Shown one piece after another: positions 9,441 to 18,396 of a stretch of DNA of 58,850 nucleotides. Position 1 is the stretch's first letter. Every line of letters starts with the position of its first letter. Location: contig CALXKA010000003.1 of the NCBI GenBank assembly GCA_944388765.1, forward strand, positions 1 through 58,850, read 5' to 3'. A program made the position numbers and the translations under genes. The notes under the pieces are model-generated. The model searched no databases. It saw only the letters and a list, made by a program, of their open reading frames with translations, and was not told where the DNA came from. This stretch comes from an uncultured Clostridia bacterium. GTDB lineage: Bacteria; Bacillota; Clostridia; TANB77; CAG-508.

Positions 9441-9968
9441 TTATGCTTCTGGTTCTACTAATCCATAGTTTTTCCCATCTTTTAATTTATGTACAACATT
9501 TACTTTTCCTGTTTCAACATTTATAAATGTTAGGAAATTATGTGATGGTTTTTCTTTTAATTTTAAAACAGCATCTTCTGGTAACATTGGTTTGATTTCA
9601 TAATATGATGTTTTTATTATTTCATCAGTTATTTCTGATATTTTGTCATCTGTTGTTTCCATTGTTTTTATTGATGCATCTCTCATCATTTTTTCTTTCT
9701 TTGTTTTTGCTTTTCTAATTTGCCCTTCTAATATATCAATATCTTTATCAATTGATGCATACATATCTTTATCTTCTGTTACTGCTCTATACTTTTCTCC
9801 TGCTGCTGTTACATATATTTCTGCTATTTGCTCGTTTTTTTCTGTTCTTAGTGTAACTTCTGCTTCTGCATCTTCAAAATATTTATCTATTCTGTCTAAT
9901 TTTCTTTCTACGTAATCATTTATTGCATCAGTTATCTTTAGTTCCTTCCCTGTTATTTTTATTTTCAT
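9441..9968 (-). CDS. hpf: ribosome hibernation promoting factor (long form)
   Basis: 'MKIKITGKELKITDAINDYVERKLDRIDKYF' is a typical HPF/YfiA N-terminus, with a C-terminal dimerisation domain. GGGAG RBS precedes the ATG at 9968. The 42-codon upstream extension in the ORF track is rejected. Confidence 0.85.
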   Translation of the reverse strand: MKIKITGKELKITDAINDYVERKLDRIDKYFEDAEAEVTLRTEKNEQIAEIYVTAAGEKYRAVTEDKDMYASIDKDIDILEGQIRKAKTKKEKMMRDASIKTMETTDDKISEITDEIIKTSYYEIKPMLPEDAVLKLKEKPSHNFLTFINVETGKVNVVHKLKDGKNYGLVEPEA

Positions 9969-10050
9969 AAAAATCGCTCCCTTCTCTTCTTTTATGTTTG
10001 TTTTTAGTATATCTTTATTATATATGTTATTTCTTCTTTTTTCAAGTTTT

Positions 10051-10779
10051 TTAAAATAATTCTTCCATTTTATACTCTTTTTCCATTTTTTCATTAAAAT
10101 ATAATTTTGATATAAGTTTAAATTCTTCTAATGATTCGTCTTTAATTGTAAAAGAAAATAGTTTTTTAGAAGGTGCTGTTATTGTGTATTTTATTGCATT
10201 TAATGTACTTTCAGTCATACTAATTGAAGATTTATCTTGTTTTGAACAAGCTTCACATTTTAGTCCATTATCTCTTAGACTAAAATAGTGTAAATTCTCT
10301 TTTTGCTTACAATTAATGCAGCTTTCAGTTTTTGGTCTAAATCCTAAGATGCTTGCTAGCCTTAATTTAAATATACTTAATACTAATTCTAAATCTTTAT
10401 CTATTTCTGATATTACGTATAAAGTATTTAAAAGTAGTTGTAAAATATTAAAACAATTTTGATTTTCATGTGTCACATCTTTTATTATCTTATTAATATG
10501 TACTGCATATTTTAATTTATCTAAATCTGTTCTTATGTTATAAAATACTTCTATTGGTTCTACCGAGTTTATATGATATGTATTTGTTCCTTTATACATT
10601 AAATATTCTCCAAAGCAAAACATTTGTGTACCTGCTAAAAGAGCACTTCTTGGTCTTCGTGCTCCCTTAGCTACACATGATATTTTTCCTACATTTGGTG
10701 TTAGTATTGTTAACATTTTGTCAAAATCGCCCATATTATTTTCTGATAATACTATTCCACTTATTTTTGTACTTGCCAT
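10051..10779 (-). CDS. recO: DNA repair protein RecO
   Basis: 242 aa. OB-fold N-terminus '...GIVL...GDFDKMLTILT...GKISCVAKGARR' and a Cys4 zinc motif 'CINC...CEAC'. Conserved position downstream of era. Confidence 0.85.
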   Translation of the reverse strand: MASTKISGIVLSENNMGDFDKMLTILTPNVGKISCVAKGARRPRSALLAGTQMFCFGEYLMYKGTNTYHINSVEPIEVFYNIRTDLDKLKYAVHINKIIKDVTHENQNCFNILQLLLNTLYVISEIDKDLELVLSIFKLRLASILGFRPKTESCINCKQKENLHYFSLRDNGLKCEACSKQDKSSISMTESTLNAIKYTITAPSKKLFSFTIKDESLEEFKLISKLYFNEKMEKEYKMEELF

Positions 10780-10816
10780 TTATTTTGTTTCACCTTTTCT
10801 TTTCTAGCTTCTATTT

Positions 10817-10984
10817 TTAATTTTCTTGATTATCTTTATTTATATTGTTTTTTAATTCTTCTTGTAACAAATTAATATTTTGTTCTTGTATTCCTTTTTC
10901 TACTTCTTCAATTTGTTTTAGTTCTAAATATGTGTTAATATCTCCTGTGTTTTTAAATGCTTGCCACGCCATTTTTTTAATCAT
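10817..10984 (-). CDS. YqzL-family small protein (below the ORF-track length cutoff)
   Basis: 55-codon ORF 'MIKKMAWQAFKNTGDINTYLELKQIEE...'. The W..F..TG.I..YL..K pattern and the position between era and recO match the B. subtilis era-yqzL-recO arrangement. The start could instead be the internal ATG at 10972. Confidence 0.6.
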   Translation of the reverse strand: MIKKMAWQAFKNTGDINTYLELKQIEEVEKGIQEQNINLLQEELKNNINKDNQEN

Positions 10985-11053
10985 GCTATCACTTCCTTTT
11001 TAAAGTTTTACCTTTAATTTTATCTTTTGCATTTTTTTTAATTTTATTCTTTA

Positions 11054-11959
11054 TTACTTATTTAATTTAAATTTATTTACAATATTATCATTTTCTTGCC
11101 AATCTTCTTTTACTTTTACCCATGTTTTTAAATTCACTTTAACTCCAAAGTTTTGTTCCATATCTATTCGTGCCATTCTTCCTATCTTCTTTAACATTTC
11201 TCCGTTTTTACCTATAATTATACCTTTATGTGAGTTTCTCAAACAATATATTGTTGCTTCTATATCATAGATATCTTCATTATTTTTATTTTTTCTTTGT
11301 TTCATTTTTTCAACTTCTACATATATTCCATGAGGCACTTCATCTTGTAATAACTTTAAGGCTTTTTCTCTAATTGTTTCTTCTGCGAGTTGTCTTAAAG
11401 TTTGATCTGTATATTCTTCTATATCATAGTATGCAGGTCCTTCATTTAAGTTCTTTTCTATTTCATCTAATATTATTTCTCTATATTTAATGTTTATTGC
11501 AGAAATTGGTATTACTACTTCAAAATCATATTCTTTTCTATATAAATCAATTAGGCTTAGTAATTTTTCTCTTTTTACTAAATCTATTTTATTAATTATT
11601 AGTATTGTTTTTCTTTTTGCTTCTTTTATTTTTTCTAAAATTCTCCTATCTCCTCTTCCAATTTCGTCACTTGTTGCTTCTATCAAAAATAATATAATAT
11701 CACTGTCAGCAATACTCCCAAATGATGTTTCTATCATTGTTTCATTTAATTTTGTTTTTGGCTTATGAATACCTGGTGTGTCTGTAAATATTATTTGCGA
11801 ATTTTCTCTATTTACTATTCCTTTTATTGCTGTTCTAGTTGTTTGCACTTTATTTGCTATTGCAGCTACTTTTTCTCCTACTAACAGATTTAGTAATGTC
11901 GATTTTCCTACATTTGTTCTTCCTATTAATGTTACAAACCCTGATTTAAATTTTGTCAT
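11054..11959 (-). CDS. era: GTPase Era
   Basis: 'KSGFVTLIGRTNVGKSTLLN' G1 motif, 'DTPG' G3, 'NKID' G4, and a C-terminal KH domain. The ATG at 11959 has an AGGAA RBS; the ATG at 11977 has none. Confidence 0.9.
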   Translation of the reverse strand: MTKFKSGFVTLIGRTNVGKSTLLNLLVGEKVAAIANKVQTTRTAIKGIVNRENSQIIFTDTPGIHKPKTKLNETMIETSFGSIADSDIILFLIEATSDEIGRGDRRILEKIKEAKRKTILIINKIDLVKREKLLSLIDLYRKEYDFEVVIPISAINIKYREIILDEIEKNLNEGPAYYDIEEYTDQTLRQLAEETIREKALKLLQDEVPHGIYVEVEKMKQRKNKNNEDIYDIEATIYCLRNSHKGIIIGKNGEMLKKIGRMARIDMEQNFGVKVNLKTWVKVKEDWQENDNIVNKFKLNK

Positions 11960-12049
11960 ATATTTGTTTCCTTTCATTTTTACTTTACTTTTATATTATA
12001 CACTATTTTTTTGCTAAATTTGTAGAATTAGCGAAAATTATTTAAATTT

Positions 12050-12082
12050 TTTAAAAGGATTCTAGGTTCGTTCCTAAAATCC
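12050..12082 (-). terminator. probable intrinsic terminator after the glycosyltransferase gene
   Basis: 10-bp stem GGATTTTAGG / CCTAGAATCC (one G-U pair) followed by TTTT on the minus strand. Confidence 0.5.
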
Positions 12083-12088
12083 TTCTTA

Positions 12089-13381
12089 TTATGCATATGC
12101 TTGTCTTTTTCTGAAACTTAATAAGTTTGTAATCTCTCTTTCCGTATTTTTTGCTTTTTTTGTCTTTCTTGCTCTTTCTTGTTCCAATTCTCTTTTTTGT
12201 TTTTCCGCCATAGATTGGCAAATTGCTTTTTGATATGTAAAATGGGTATCTTGCGCTATTTTACTCCAATTATATTCATTTCTAACTTTATTTTTTGCTT
12301 TTTTTGTTATATCTGCACATAATTTATGATCATATAATAGCTCTAAAATAGAATCTGCTATTGAATTAGGATTTCCACAGTAACTTTTCATTCCATTTAC
12401 TTTATGTTCTACTATTTCATTTAGTCCTCCAATATCTGATACTACAACTGGATTTTCTGAAAGCATTGCTTCTAATGCTACTATTCCAAATGGTTCATAT
12501 GTACTTGGAAATACTGATATATCAGCTGCTTTATACATTTTTTGTACATCTTTTCCACTCATATATCCTGCAAAATATACTTTGTTCTCTATCCCCATTT
12601 GTCTTACTTGTTCTTTTAATTCTTCTAACATTCCGCCTTTTCCGCAAATTACTAACTTAGTATCATGGTATCCATTTAATATTTTTGGCATTGCTGCAAT
12701 TAGATGTTGTATTCCTTTTTCATATACTAATCTTCCCATGAAAAGAATAATTTTTTCATTATCCATTGCATACTTTCTTCTAAAATTATAATCTCTTTCT
12801 ACTCCATTAAATAAACTTAAATTAACCCCATTTGGTACTACATTTATTTTTTCATATGGTAAACCAAATAGTCTTTGTAATTCGCCCTTCATGTAATTAC
12901 TATTTACTATTACTTCTGATGATTCATATGTAAGCATCCATTCTGTATCATTTATATATCTTTGTTGTTCATCATGTATCCCGCTATTTCTACCAGCTTC
13001 TGTTGCATGTATTGTTGAGACAATTGGTATATTGTATGAATTTTTTAATGTTTTTGCTGCATACGCAACTAGCCAATCATGAGCATGTATTACATCAAAA
13101 TTTCCTTCTTTTGCAATTATCTCATTAGCTTTTGCTACCATATTAAAATTCATTTGCATAATCCAGTCTATAAAATTATTTGGATTAATCATATAATTAT
13201 CTACACGATAAACCTTTACGCCTTTATCATCTTCAAAATACGGTACATCTCCATCTCTATATGTAACTACTGTTACATCATGTCCATCTTTTAATAATGT
13301 TCTTGATAAATCATATACTACTCTTGCTATCCCACCTACTACTCTTGGTGGATATTCCCATGTTAACATCAATATCTTCAT
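12089..13381 (-). CDS. GT4-family (group 1) glycosyltransferase
   Basis: 'MKILMLTWEYPPRVVGGIARVV' GT4 N-terminus and an E-x7-E region 'PSTYEPFGIVALEAM'. GAAGGGG RBS precedes the ATG at 13381. The basic C-terminal tail is unusual. Confidence 0.8.
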   Translation of the reverse strand: MKILMLTWEYPPRVVGGIARVVYDLSRTLLKDGHDVTVVTYRDGDVPYFEDDKGVKVYRVDNYMINPNNFIDWIMQMNFNMVAKANEIIAKEGNFDVIHAHDWLVAYAAKTLKNSYNIPIVSTIHATEAGRNSGIHDEQQRYINDTEWMLTYESSEVIVNSNYMKGELQRLFGLPYEKINVVPNGVNLSLFNGVERDYNFRRKYAMDNEKIILFMGRLVYEKGIQHLIAAMPKILNGYHDTKLVICGKGGMLEELKEQVRQMGIENKVYFAGYMSGKDVQKMYKAADISVFPSTYEPFGIVALEAMLSENPVVVSDIGGLNEIVEHKVNGMKSYCGNPNSIADSILELLYDHKLCADITKKAKNKVRNEYNWSKIAQDTHFTYQKAICQSMAEKQKRELEQERARKTKKAKNTEREITNLLSFRKRQAYA

Positions 13382-13560
13382 TGATATTACCCCTTCTTTC
13401 TTGAATTTTCTTTTGTTTTCGACGTTTTTCTCTTCATTCTTTTCTATTGTATACAATTTTTCTATAAATGTAAATGCTTTTTTTCTATTTTTTAAAATTT
13501 TTTATAATAATATATAAAACTTGCTTTCAAGAATTTGAACTCTTAAAAACAAGTTTCTAT

Positions 13561-14904
13561 CTAAAAATTAAATTCCTTTTCTATAAATGATGTATCATAC
13601 TTATTTGTTTGAAAATTTTTGTTATCTAATATTTTTAATATAAAATCTGCATTTGTTGTTATTCCATCTACAACTAACTCTGCAACAGCACTTTTTAGTT
13701 TTGCTAGTGATTCTTCTCTTGTTTTTCCATGAACAATTATTTTTGCTATCATAGAATCATATGTTGGTGGAATTGTATATCCACTATATATAGCTGTATC
13801 CACTCTTATCCCATTTCCTCCTGGTATATGTAATCCTGTTATTGTTCCTGGGCATGGCATAAAATTCTTATCTGGATTTTCTGCATTTATTCTTGCTTCC
13901 ATACTATGACCATTTACTTTTATATCATTTTGCTTTATTTTTAGTTTTTCACCACTCGCTATTTTTATTTGTTCTTTTATAATATCAATTCCTGTGACCA
14001 TCTCTGTTACTGGATGTTCTACTTGTACTCTTGTATTCATTTCCATAAAATAAAAGTCTTGGTTTTTATCAACTAAAAATTCTATTGTTCCTGCATTTGT
14101 ATATCCTATTTCTTTTACTGCTTTTACTGCTACTTCTCCCATTTTCTTTCTAGTTTCATTGCTTATAATACTTGCTGGTGTTTCTTCTATTATTTTTTGG
14201 TTTCTTCTTTGTACTGAGCAATCTCTTTCTCCTAGGTGGATACCATTTCCGTGTTCATCTGCCAAAACTTGTATTTCAACATGTCTTGGATTTTCTATGA
14301 ATTTTTCCATATATATACTATCATCATTAAATGAAACTTTTGCTTCTTGTTTTACCAGACTATATGCCTTTTCCAATTCTTCTTTATTATGAGCTATACG
14401 AATTCCTCTTCCGCCTCCACCAGCAGATGCTTTTAATATAACTGGATATTTTATTTCTTCTGCTAATTTAACGGCCTCTTCTTTTGAGTATATTAACCCA
14501 TTAGATCCAGGAACTACTGGCACTCCTACTTTTTTCATTGTTTCTTTTGCTTTTGATTTGTTTCCTAATAATTCTATTAATTGATAGTTTGGTCCTATAA
14601 ATTTTATTCCCATCTCTTCACATATTTTAGCAAAATTTGCATTTTCTGATAAAAAACCAAATCCTGGATGGATACTATCTGCACCTGTTAAACAAGCAGC
14701 TTCTAGTATAGATTTTATATTTAAATAACTTTTTGCTGATTGTGCTGGTCCAATGCAAATTGCTTGATCTGCTAATTTTACATGTAAAGCATCTTTATCT
14801 ATTTCTGAATATATTGCTACTGTTCTTATACCCATTTCTCTACATGCTCTAATTATTCTAACTGCAATTTCTCCTCTATTTGCTATTAATACTTTTTTTA
14901 ACAT
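13561..14904 (-). CDS. accC: acetyl-CoA carboxylase biotin carboxylase subunit
   Basis: 'KVLIANRGEIAVRIIRACREMGI', ATP-grasp glycine loop 'GGGGRGIR', 447 aa. Confidence 0.95.
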   Translation of the reverse strand: MLKKVLIANRGEIAVRIIRACREMGIRTVAIYSEIDKDALHVKLADQAICIGPAQSAKSYLNIKSILEAACLTGADSIHPGFGFLSENANFAKICEEMGIKFIGPNYQLIELLGNKSKAKETMKKVGVPVVPGSNGLIYSKEEAVKLAEEIKYPVILKASAGGGGRGIRIAHNKEELEKAYSLVKQEAKVSFNDDSIYMEKFIENPRHVEIQVLADEHGNGIHLGERDCSVQRRNQKIIEETPASIISNETRKKMGEVAVKAVKEIGYTNAGTIEFLVDKNQDFYFMEMNTRVQVEHPVTEMVTGIDIIKEQIKIASGEKLKIKQNDIKVNGHSMEARINAENPDKNFMPCPGTITGLHIPGGNGIRVDTAIYSGYTIPPTYDSMIAKIIVHGKTREESLAKLKSAVAELVVDGITTNADFILKILDNKNFQTNKYDTSFIEKEFNF

Positions 14905-14924
14905 TTTTTCTCTCCTTTTAACTA

Positions 14925-14971
14925 AATGGAGTAAATTTTAAGTAATTAATAATTACTTTTAGTACTCCATT
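14925..14971 (-). other. long near-perfect hairpin in the fabZ-accC intergenic spacer
   Basis: AATGGAGTA (14925-14933) pairs perfectly with TACTCCATT (14963-14971). An inner AAGTAATT/AATTACTT stem adds to it. No U-tract follows; the accC RBS lies directly after it. Confidence 0.5.
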
Positions 14972-14995
14972 AAATTGCATGAAAACTTTTTTTAT

Positions 14996-15418
14996 TTAAA
15001 CTATTGCAAAAGTTAATTCTCCTTTTGCTGCAACTTTTCCGTCAACTGTTGCTATTGCTTCCCCTATTCCTATTGGGCCTTTTTTCTTAATTATCTTAAC
15101 TTCTAATTTTAGTCTATCTCCTGGTACAACTTGTTTTTTAAAACGAAGTTTATCTATTCCTCCAAACAAGGCATTTTTACCTTTGTTTTCTTCCATTGAA
15201 AGTATTGCAACTGCTCCTGTTTGTGCTAATGATTCGACTATTAATACCCCTGGCATAATAGGATTTCCTGGGAAATGACCTTTAAAATAGTATTCATCTT
15301 CTGATACATTTTTATATGCTATTGCACTTTCTCCTGGTTTATATTCTTCTACTTCATCTATCATTAAAAAAGGTTCTCTTTGTGGGATTATTTTTTTTAT
15401 TTCTTCTTTATTTAACAT
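14996..15418 (-). CDS. fabZ: 3-hydroxyacyl-ACP dehydratase FabZ
   Basis: '[19 protein letters not shown]' hot-dog active-site block, 140 aa. Confidence 0.95.
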   Translation of the reverse strand: MLNKEEIKKIIPQREPFLMIDEVEEYKPGESAIAYKNVSEDEYYFKGHFPGNPIMPGVLIVESLAQTGAVAILSMEENKGKNALFGGIDKLRFKKQVVPGDRLKLEVKIIKKKGPIGIGEAIATVDGKVAAKGELTFAIV

Positions 15419-15442
15419 ATATTTCCCTCTTTTCTACTTATT

Positions 15443-15471
15443 TTGATTTTATTTCAATTTTATGATATAAT
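15443..15471 (+). promoter_or_regulatory. sigma-A-type promoter of the orphan plus-strand gene
   Basis: TTGATT (15443-15448), 17-nt spacer, extended -10 TGaTATAAT (-10 hexamer at 15466-15471). Confidence 0.6.
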
Positions 15472-15511
15472 ATTATTATGTAACTTATTATTTATTAATG
15501 GAGGTATAAAC

Positions 15512-15757
15512 ATGAAAGCAGCTTTTAGTAAACTTATGAATGATTTCAGAGCATCTGATGAACGGATTTCTCTTGTAGAGGAGTTACAGCAAAAAGCTAT
15601 ACGAAATCCCAATTCAGAACTTGCTGATGATCAAGTTATTGTTAGCGCTTGTCATACAACAGCAGTAATTGATGATGTATTTTTTGCAATATACAAAAAA
15701 TTACCTCAAAAAATAATCACTGCATCTGAAAGGAGCAAGATTGTCAGCATGATCTAA
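15512..15757 (+). CDS. hypothetical small protein (81 aa), compositionally atypical, inserted between accB and fabZ
   Basis: GGAGGT RBS lies 6 nt before the ATG. The ORF uses codons rare in neighbouring genes (cgg, gag, cag, ccc, agc, gtc, atc). It has its own promoter and a GC-rich terminator. No family recognised. Confidence 0.6.
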   Translation: MKAAFSKLMNDFRASDERISLVEELQQKAIRNPNSELADDQVIVSACHTTAVIDDVFFAIYKKLPQKIITASERSKIVSMI

Positions 15758-15763
15758 CCTCCT

Positions 15764-15790
15764 ACCGGCGGGATATCGCCGGTTTTTTTA
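15764..15790 (+). terminator. intrinsic terminator of the orphan gene
   Basis: ACCGGCG ggatat CGCCGGT perfect 7-bp GC-rich stem followed by TTTTTTT. Confidence 0.8.
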
Positions 15791-15791
15791 T

Positions 15792-16266
15792 TTATTTTAT
15801 TTTAAATAAAGGTTTTCCATATTCAACTACATCTTCATTATTTACGCAAATTTCCACTATTTCTCCATCAAATTCTGATTCTATTTCATTCATTAGTTTC
15901 ATAGCTTCAACAATACATAATACTTGACCTTTATGTACTTTATCTCCAACTTTTACAAAAGGGTCTTTCTCTGGTGCAGAACTTGCATAGAAAGTTCCTA
16001 CCATTGGACTTTTTACTATTTTATAATTTTCTTCTTCTTCATTTTTTATGTTTACTAATGCTGTTCCTTTATTTTCTCTTATTACTGGTGTTGTCATTGG
16101 TGCACTGCCTTCTATGACATTAGCTCCTCCTGTTGCAATAACCACTTCTTTTCCGAGTATTTTTAGTCATACTAATTTTTATTCCTTCTGGGAATTCTAT
16201 TTCTAACGAATCTAAATTTGAATTTCCCATATCATCGATTAATTTTTTTATATCTTTGTAATCCAT
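15792..16266 (-). pseudogene. accB: biotin carboxyl carrier protein AccB, interrupted by a 1-nt frameshift
   Basis: The ATG at 16266 opens 'MDYKDIKKLIDDMGNSNLDSLEIEFPEGIKISMTKNT', a typical BCCP N-terminus, but that frame stops at 16120-16122. The biotinyl domain ('EAMKLMNEIE') is in another frame, which is open only from 16166. Removing one base near 16150-16156 (CGGAAAAG) gives '...TKNTGKEVVIATGG...'. Confidence 0.75.
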
Positions 16267-16358
16267 AATATCATTCCTTTCAGATTTTTATTATTTATTT
16301 TATGATATTTTTGTTATTTTGAAAAGAGTTTCATTATTTAAGTTTTACTTAATTGTAT

Positions 16359-17594
16359 CTAAATCTTTTTTAATAAAATACTACTATTGTGTCCTCCAAA
16401 TCCTAATGAATTTGACATTGCATATTTTATTTCTATATTTCTTCCTGTATTTGGTACTACATCTAAATCACATTCTTCGTCTGGTACTTTATAATTAATT
16501 GTTGCTGGTACAAATCCTTCTTTTATTGCTTTACTACAAACAATTGCTTCTACTCCTCCTGCTGCTCCTAAAAGATGTCCTGTATGTCCTTTTGTTGAGC
16601 TTACCATTACTTTTTTTGCATTTTCTTCTCCTAATGCTGTTTTAATTGCTTGTGTTTCACAACTATCATTTAAATGTGTTGAAGTGCCATGAGCATTTAT
16701 GTATGTAATTTCTTCTGGTTTTACATTTCCTTCTTCCATTGCTATTTTCATTGCTCTTGCACCGCCTTCTCCGCCTGGTGCAGGTGATGTTATATGATAT
16801 GCATCTGATGTTGCTCCATATCCAACTATCTCAGCATATATTTTTGCACCTCTTTTCTTTGCGTGTTCATATTCTTCTAGAACTAATACTCCTGCTCCTT
16901 CTCCCATGACAAAACCACTTCTTTCTTTGTCAAATGGGATACTTGCTCTTGTTTTATCTTCTTCTTTTGTTAATGCTTTTATGTTTGTAAAACCTGCTAT
17001 ACTAAGAGGTGTTATTCCAGCTTCTGTTCCTCCTGCTAATACTATATCTTGATATCCATGTTTTATCATTCTAAAACTTTCACCTATACAATGTGTTCCA
17101 GATGCACATGCTGTTACCATAGCCATTGACTCTCCTTTTGCTCCTATATCAATTGCTACATTTCCTGTTGCCATGTTTAATATTCCCATTGGTATATACA
17201 TAGGGGATACTCTATCTGGTCCTTTTTCATTACATTTTTTATTTTCTATTTCTATTGTTTCAATTCCACCTATTCCTGAACCAATTATTATTCCTACTCT
17301 TTCCATGTTTTCTTTTTCTTTATCTAATCCACTATCTTTCCAAGCTTCTCTCGATGCTATCATTGCATATTGTGAAAACAAATCTAATCTTTTAGCTTCT
17401 CTTCTTTCAAAATAATCTTCTGGATTATATTCTTTTACTTCTGCTGCTAATTTAACTTTAAAATTTGTAGTATCAAATTTAGTAATTTGGTCTATACCAC
17501 ATTTTCCTTCTTTAATTCCTTTCCAAAATTCTTCTACATTATTTCCTAGTGGTGTTATTGCACCTAATCCTGTAATCACTACTCTTCTTTCCAT
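16359..17594 (-). CDS. fabF: 3-oxoacyl-ACP synthase II
   Basis: 411 aa. Active-site Cys block 'VTACASGTH', 'INAHGTST', 'GHLLGAAG'. Confidence 0.95.
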   Translation of the reverse strand: MERRVVITGLGAITPLGNNVEEFWKGIKEGKCGIDQITKFDTTNFKVKLAAEVKEYNPEDYFERREAKRLDLFSQYAMIASREAWKDSGLDKEKENMERVGIIIGSGIGGIETIEIENKKCNEKGPDRVSPMYIPMGILNMATGNVAIDIGAKGESMAMVTACASGTHCIGESFRMIKHGYQDIVLAGGTEAGITPLSIAGFTNIKALTKEEDKTRASIPFDKERSGFVMGEGAGVLVLEEYEHAKKRGAKIYAEIVGYGATSDAYHITSPAPGGEGGARAMKIAMEEGNVKPEEITYINAHGTSTHLNDSCETQAIKTALGEENAKKVMVSSTKGHTGHLLGAAGGVEAIVCSKAIKEGFVPATINYKVPDEECDLDVVPNTGRNIEIKYAMSNSLGFGGHNSSILLKKI

Positions 17595-17621
17595 TTCTAT
17601 TCCCTTCCTTTAAATTTTATT

Positions 17622-18362
17622 TTACATTACCATTCCGCCATCTATATTTATAACTTGACCTGTTATATATGAACTCTTTTCTGATCCTAAAAAATATATT
17701 AATTCAGCAACTTCTTTGGCTTTTCCCATTCTTTTTAGAGGTATTTGATCATGTATTGATTCTTTTACACTATCTGATAATACATCTGTCATATCTGTTT
17801 CAATAAATCCTGGTGCTACTGCATTTGCTCTAATATTTCTTGATGCTAATTCTTTTGCGATACTTTTTGTAAATCCTATTATTCCAGCTTTTGATGCAGA
17901 ATAATTACACTGTCCTGCATTTCCAGCGACTCCTACTACTGATGAAAGATTTATTATACTTCCATTTCTTTTTTTCATCATATATTTTGTAACTGCTTTT
18001 GTTACTAAATATGTTCCTTTTAAATTTATTTCTATTACTTTATTAAATTCTTCTTCACTCATTCTCATTAATAGATTATCTTTTGTAATTCCTGCATTAT
18101 TTACAAGTACATCTATTTTTTCAAACTTTTCAATTGCCTTGTCTACCAATTCTTGTACTTCTTCTTTATTTGATACATCTGCTTTTAGTATCAAGCACTC
18201 TACACCTTTTTCTTTAAATTCTTTTTCTAGTTCTTCTACATTTGTTTTGTCTGATACATAATTTATAACTACATTGTAGCCGTTATCTGCATATTTTAGT
18301 GCAACTTCTTTTCCTATTCCTCTTGATGCGCCTGTAACTAAAACCGTTTTTCTTTCTTCCAT
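17622..18362 (-). CDS. fabG: 3-oxoacyl-ACP reductase
   Basis: SDR 'VTGASRGIG', 'NNAG', 'YSASKAG'. 246 aa, located in the fab cluster. Confidence 0.9.
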   Translation of the reverse strand: MEERKTVLVTGASRGIGKEVALKYADNGYNVVINYVSDKTNVEELEKEFKEKGVECLILKADVSNKEEVQELVDKAIEKFEKIDVLVNNAGITKDNLLMRMSEEEFNKVIEINLKGTYLVTKAVTKYMMKKRNGSIINLSSVVGVAGNAGQCNYSASKAGIIGFTKSIAKELASRNIRANAVAPGFIETDMTDVLSDSVKESIHDQIPLKRMGKAKEVAELIYFLGSEKSSYITGQVINIDGGMVM

Positions 18363-18396
18363 TTTTCTCTTCCTTTCTTTAATTTATTATTCTAGT

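Noticed and set aside
9969-10094. N-terminal extensions in the ORF track, for example hpf at 217 aa and similar cases for tgt, pnp, splB, era, the GT4 gene and the WG-repeat gene.
   Set aside because: In each case an internal ATG with a good Shine-Dalgarno sequence matches the conserved family N-terminus, while the upstream extensions overlap the preceding gene or lack an RBS.
15487-15800. The short 'ttatttatt' repeat on both sides of the orphan gene as a possible target-site duplication.
   Set aside because: A 9-nt A/T-only string is expected by chance in DNA this AT-rich, and there is no recombinase, transposase or inverted repeat nearby.
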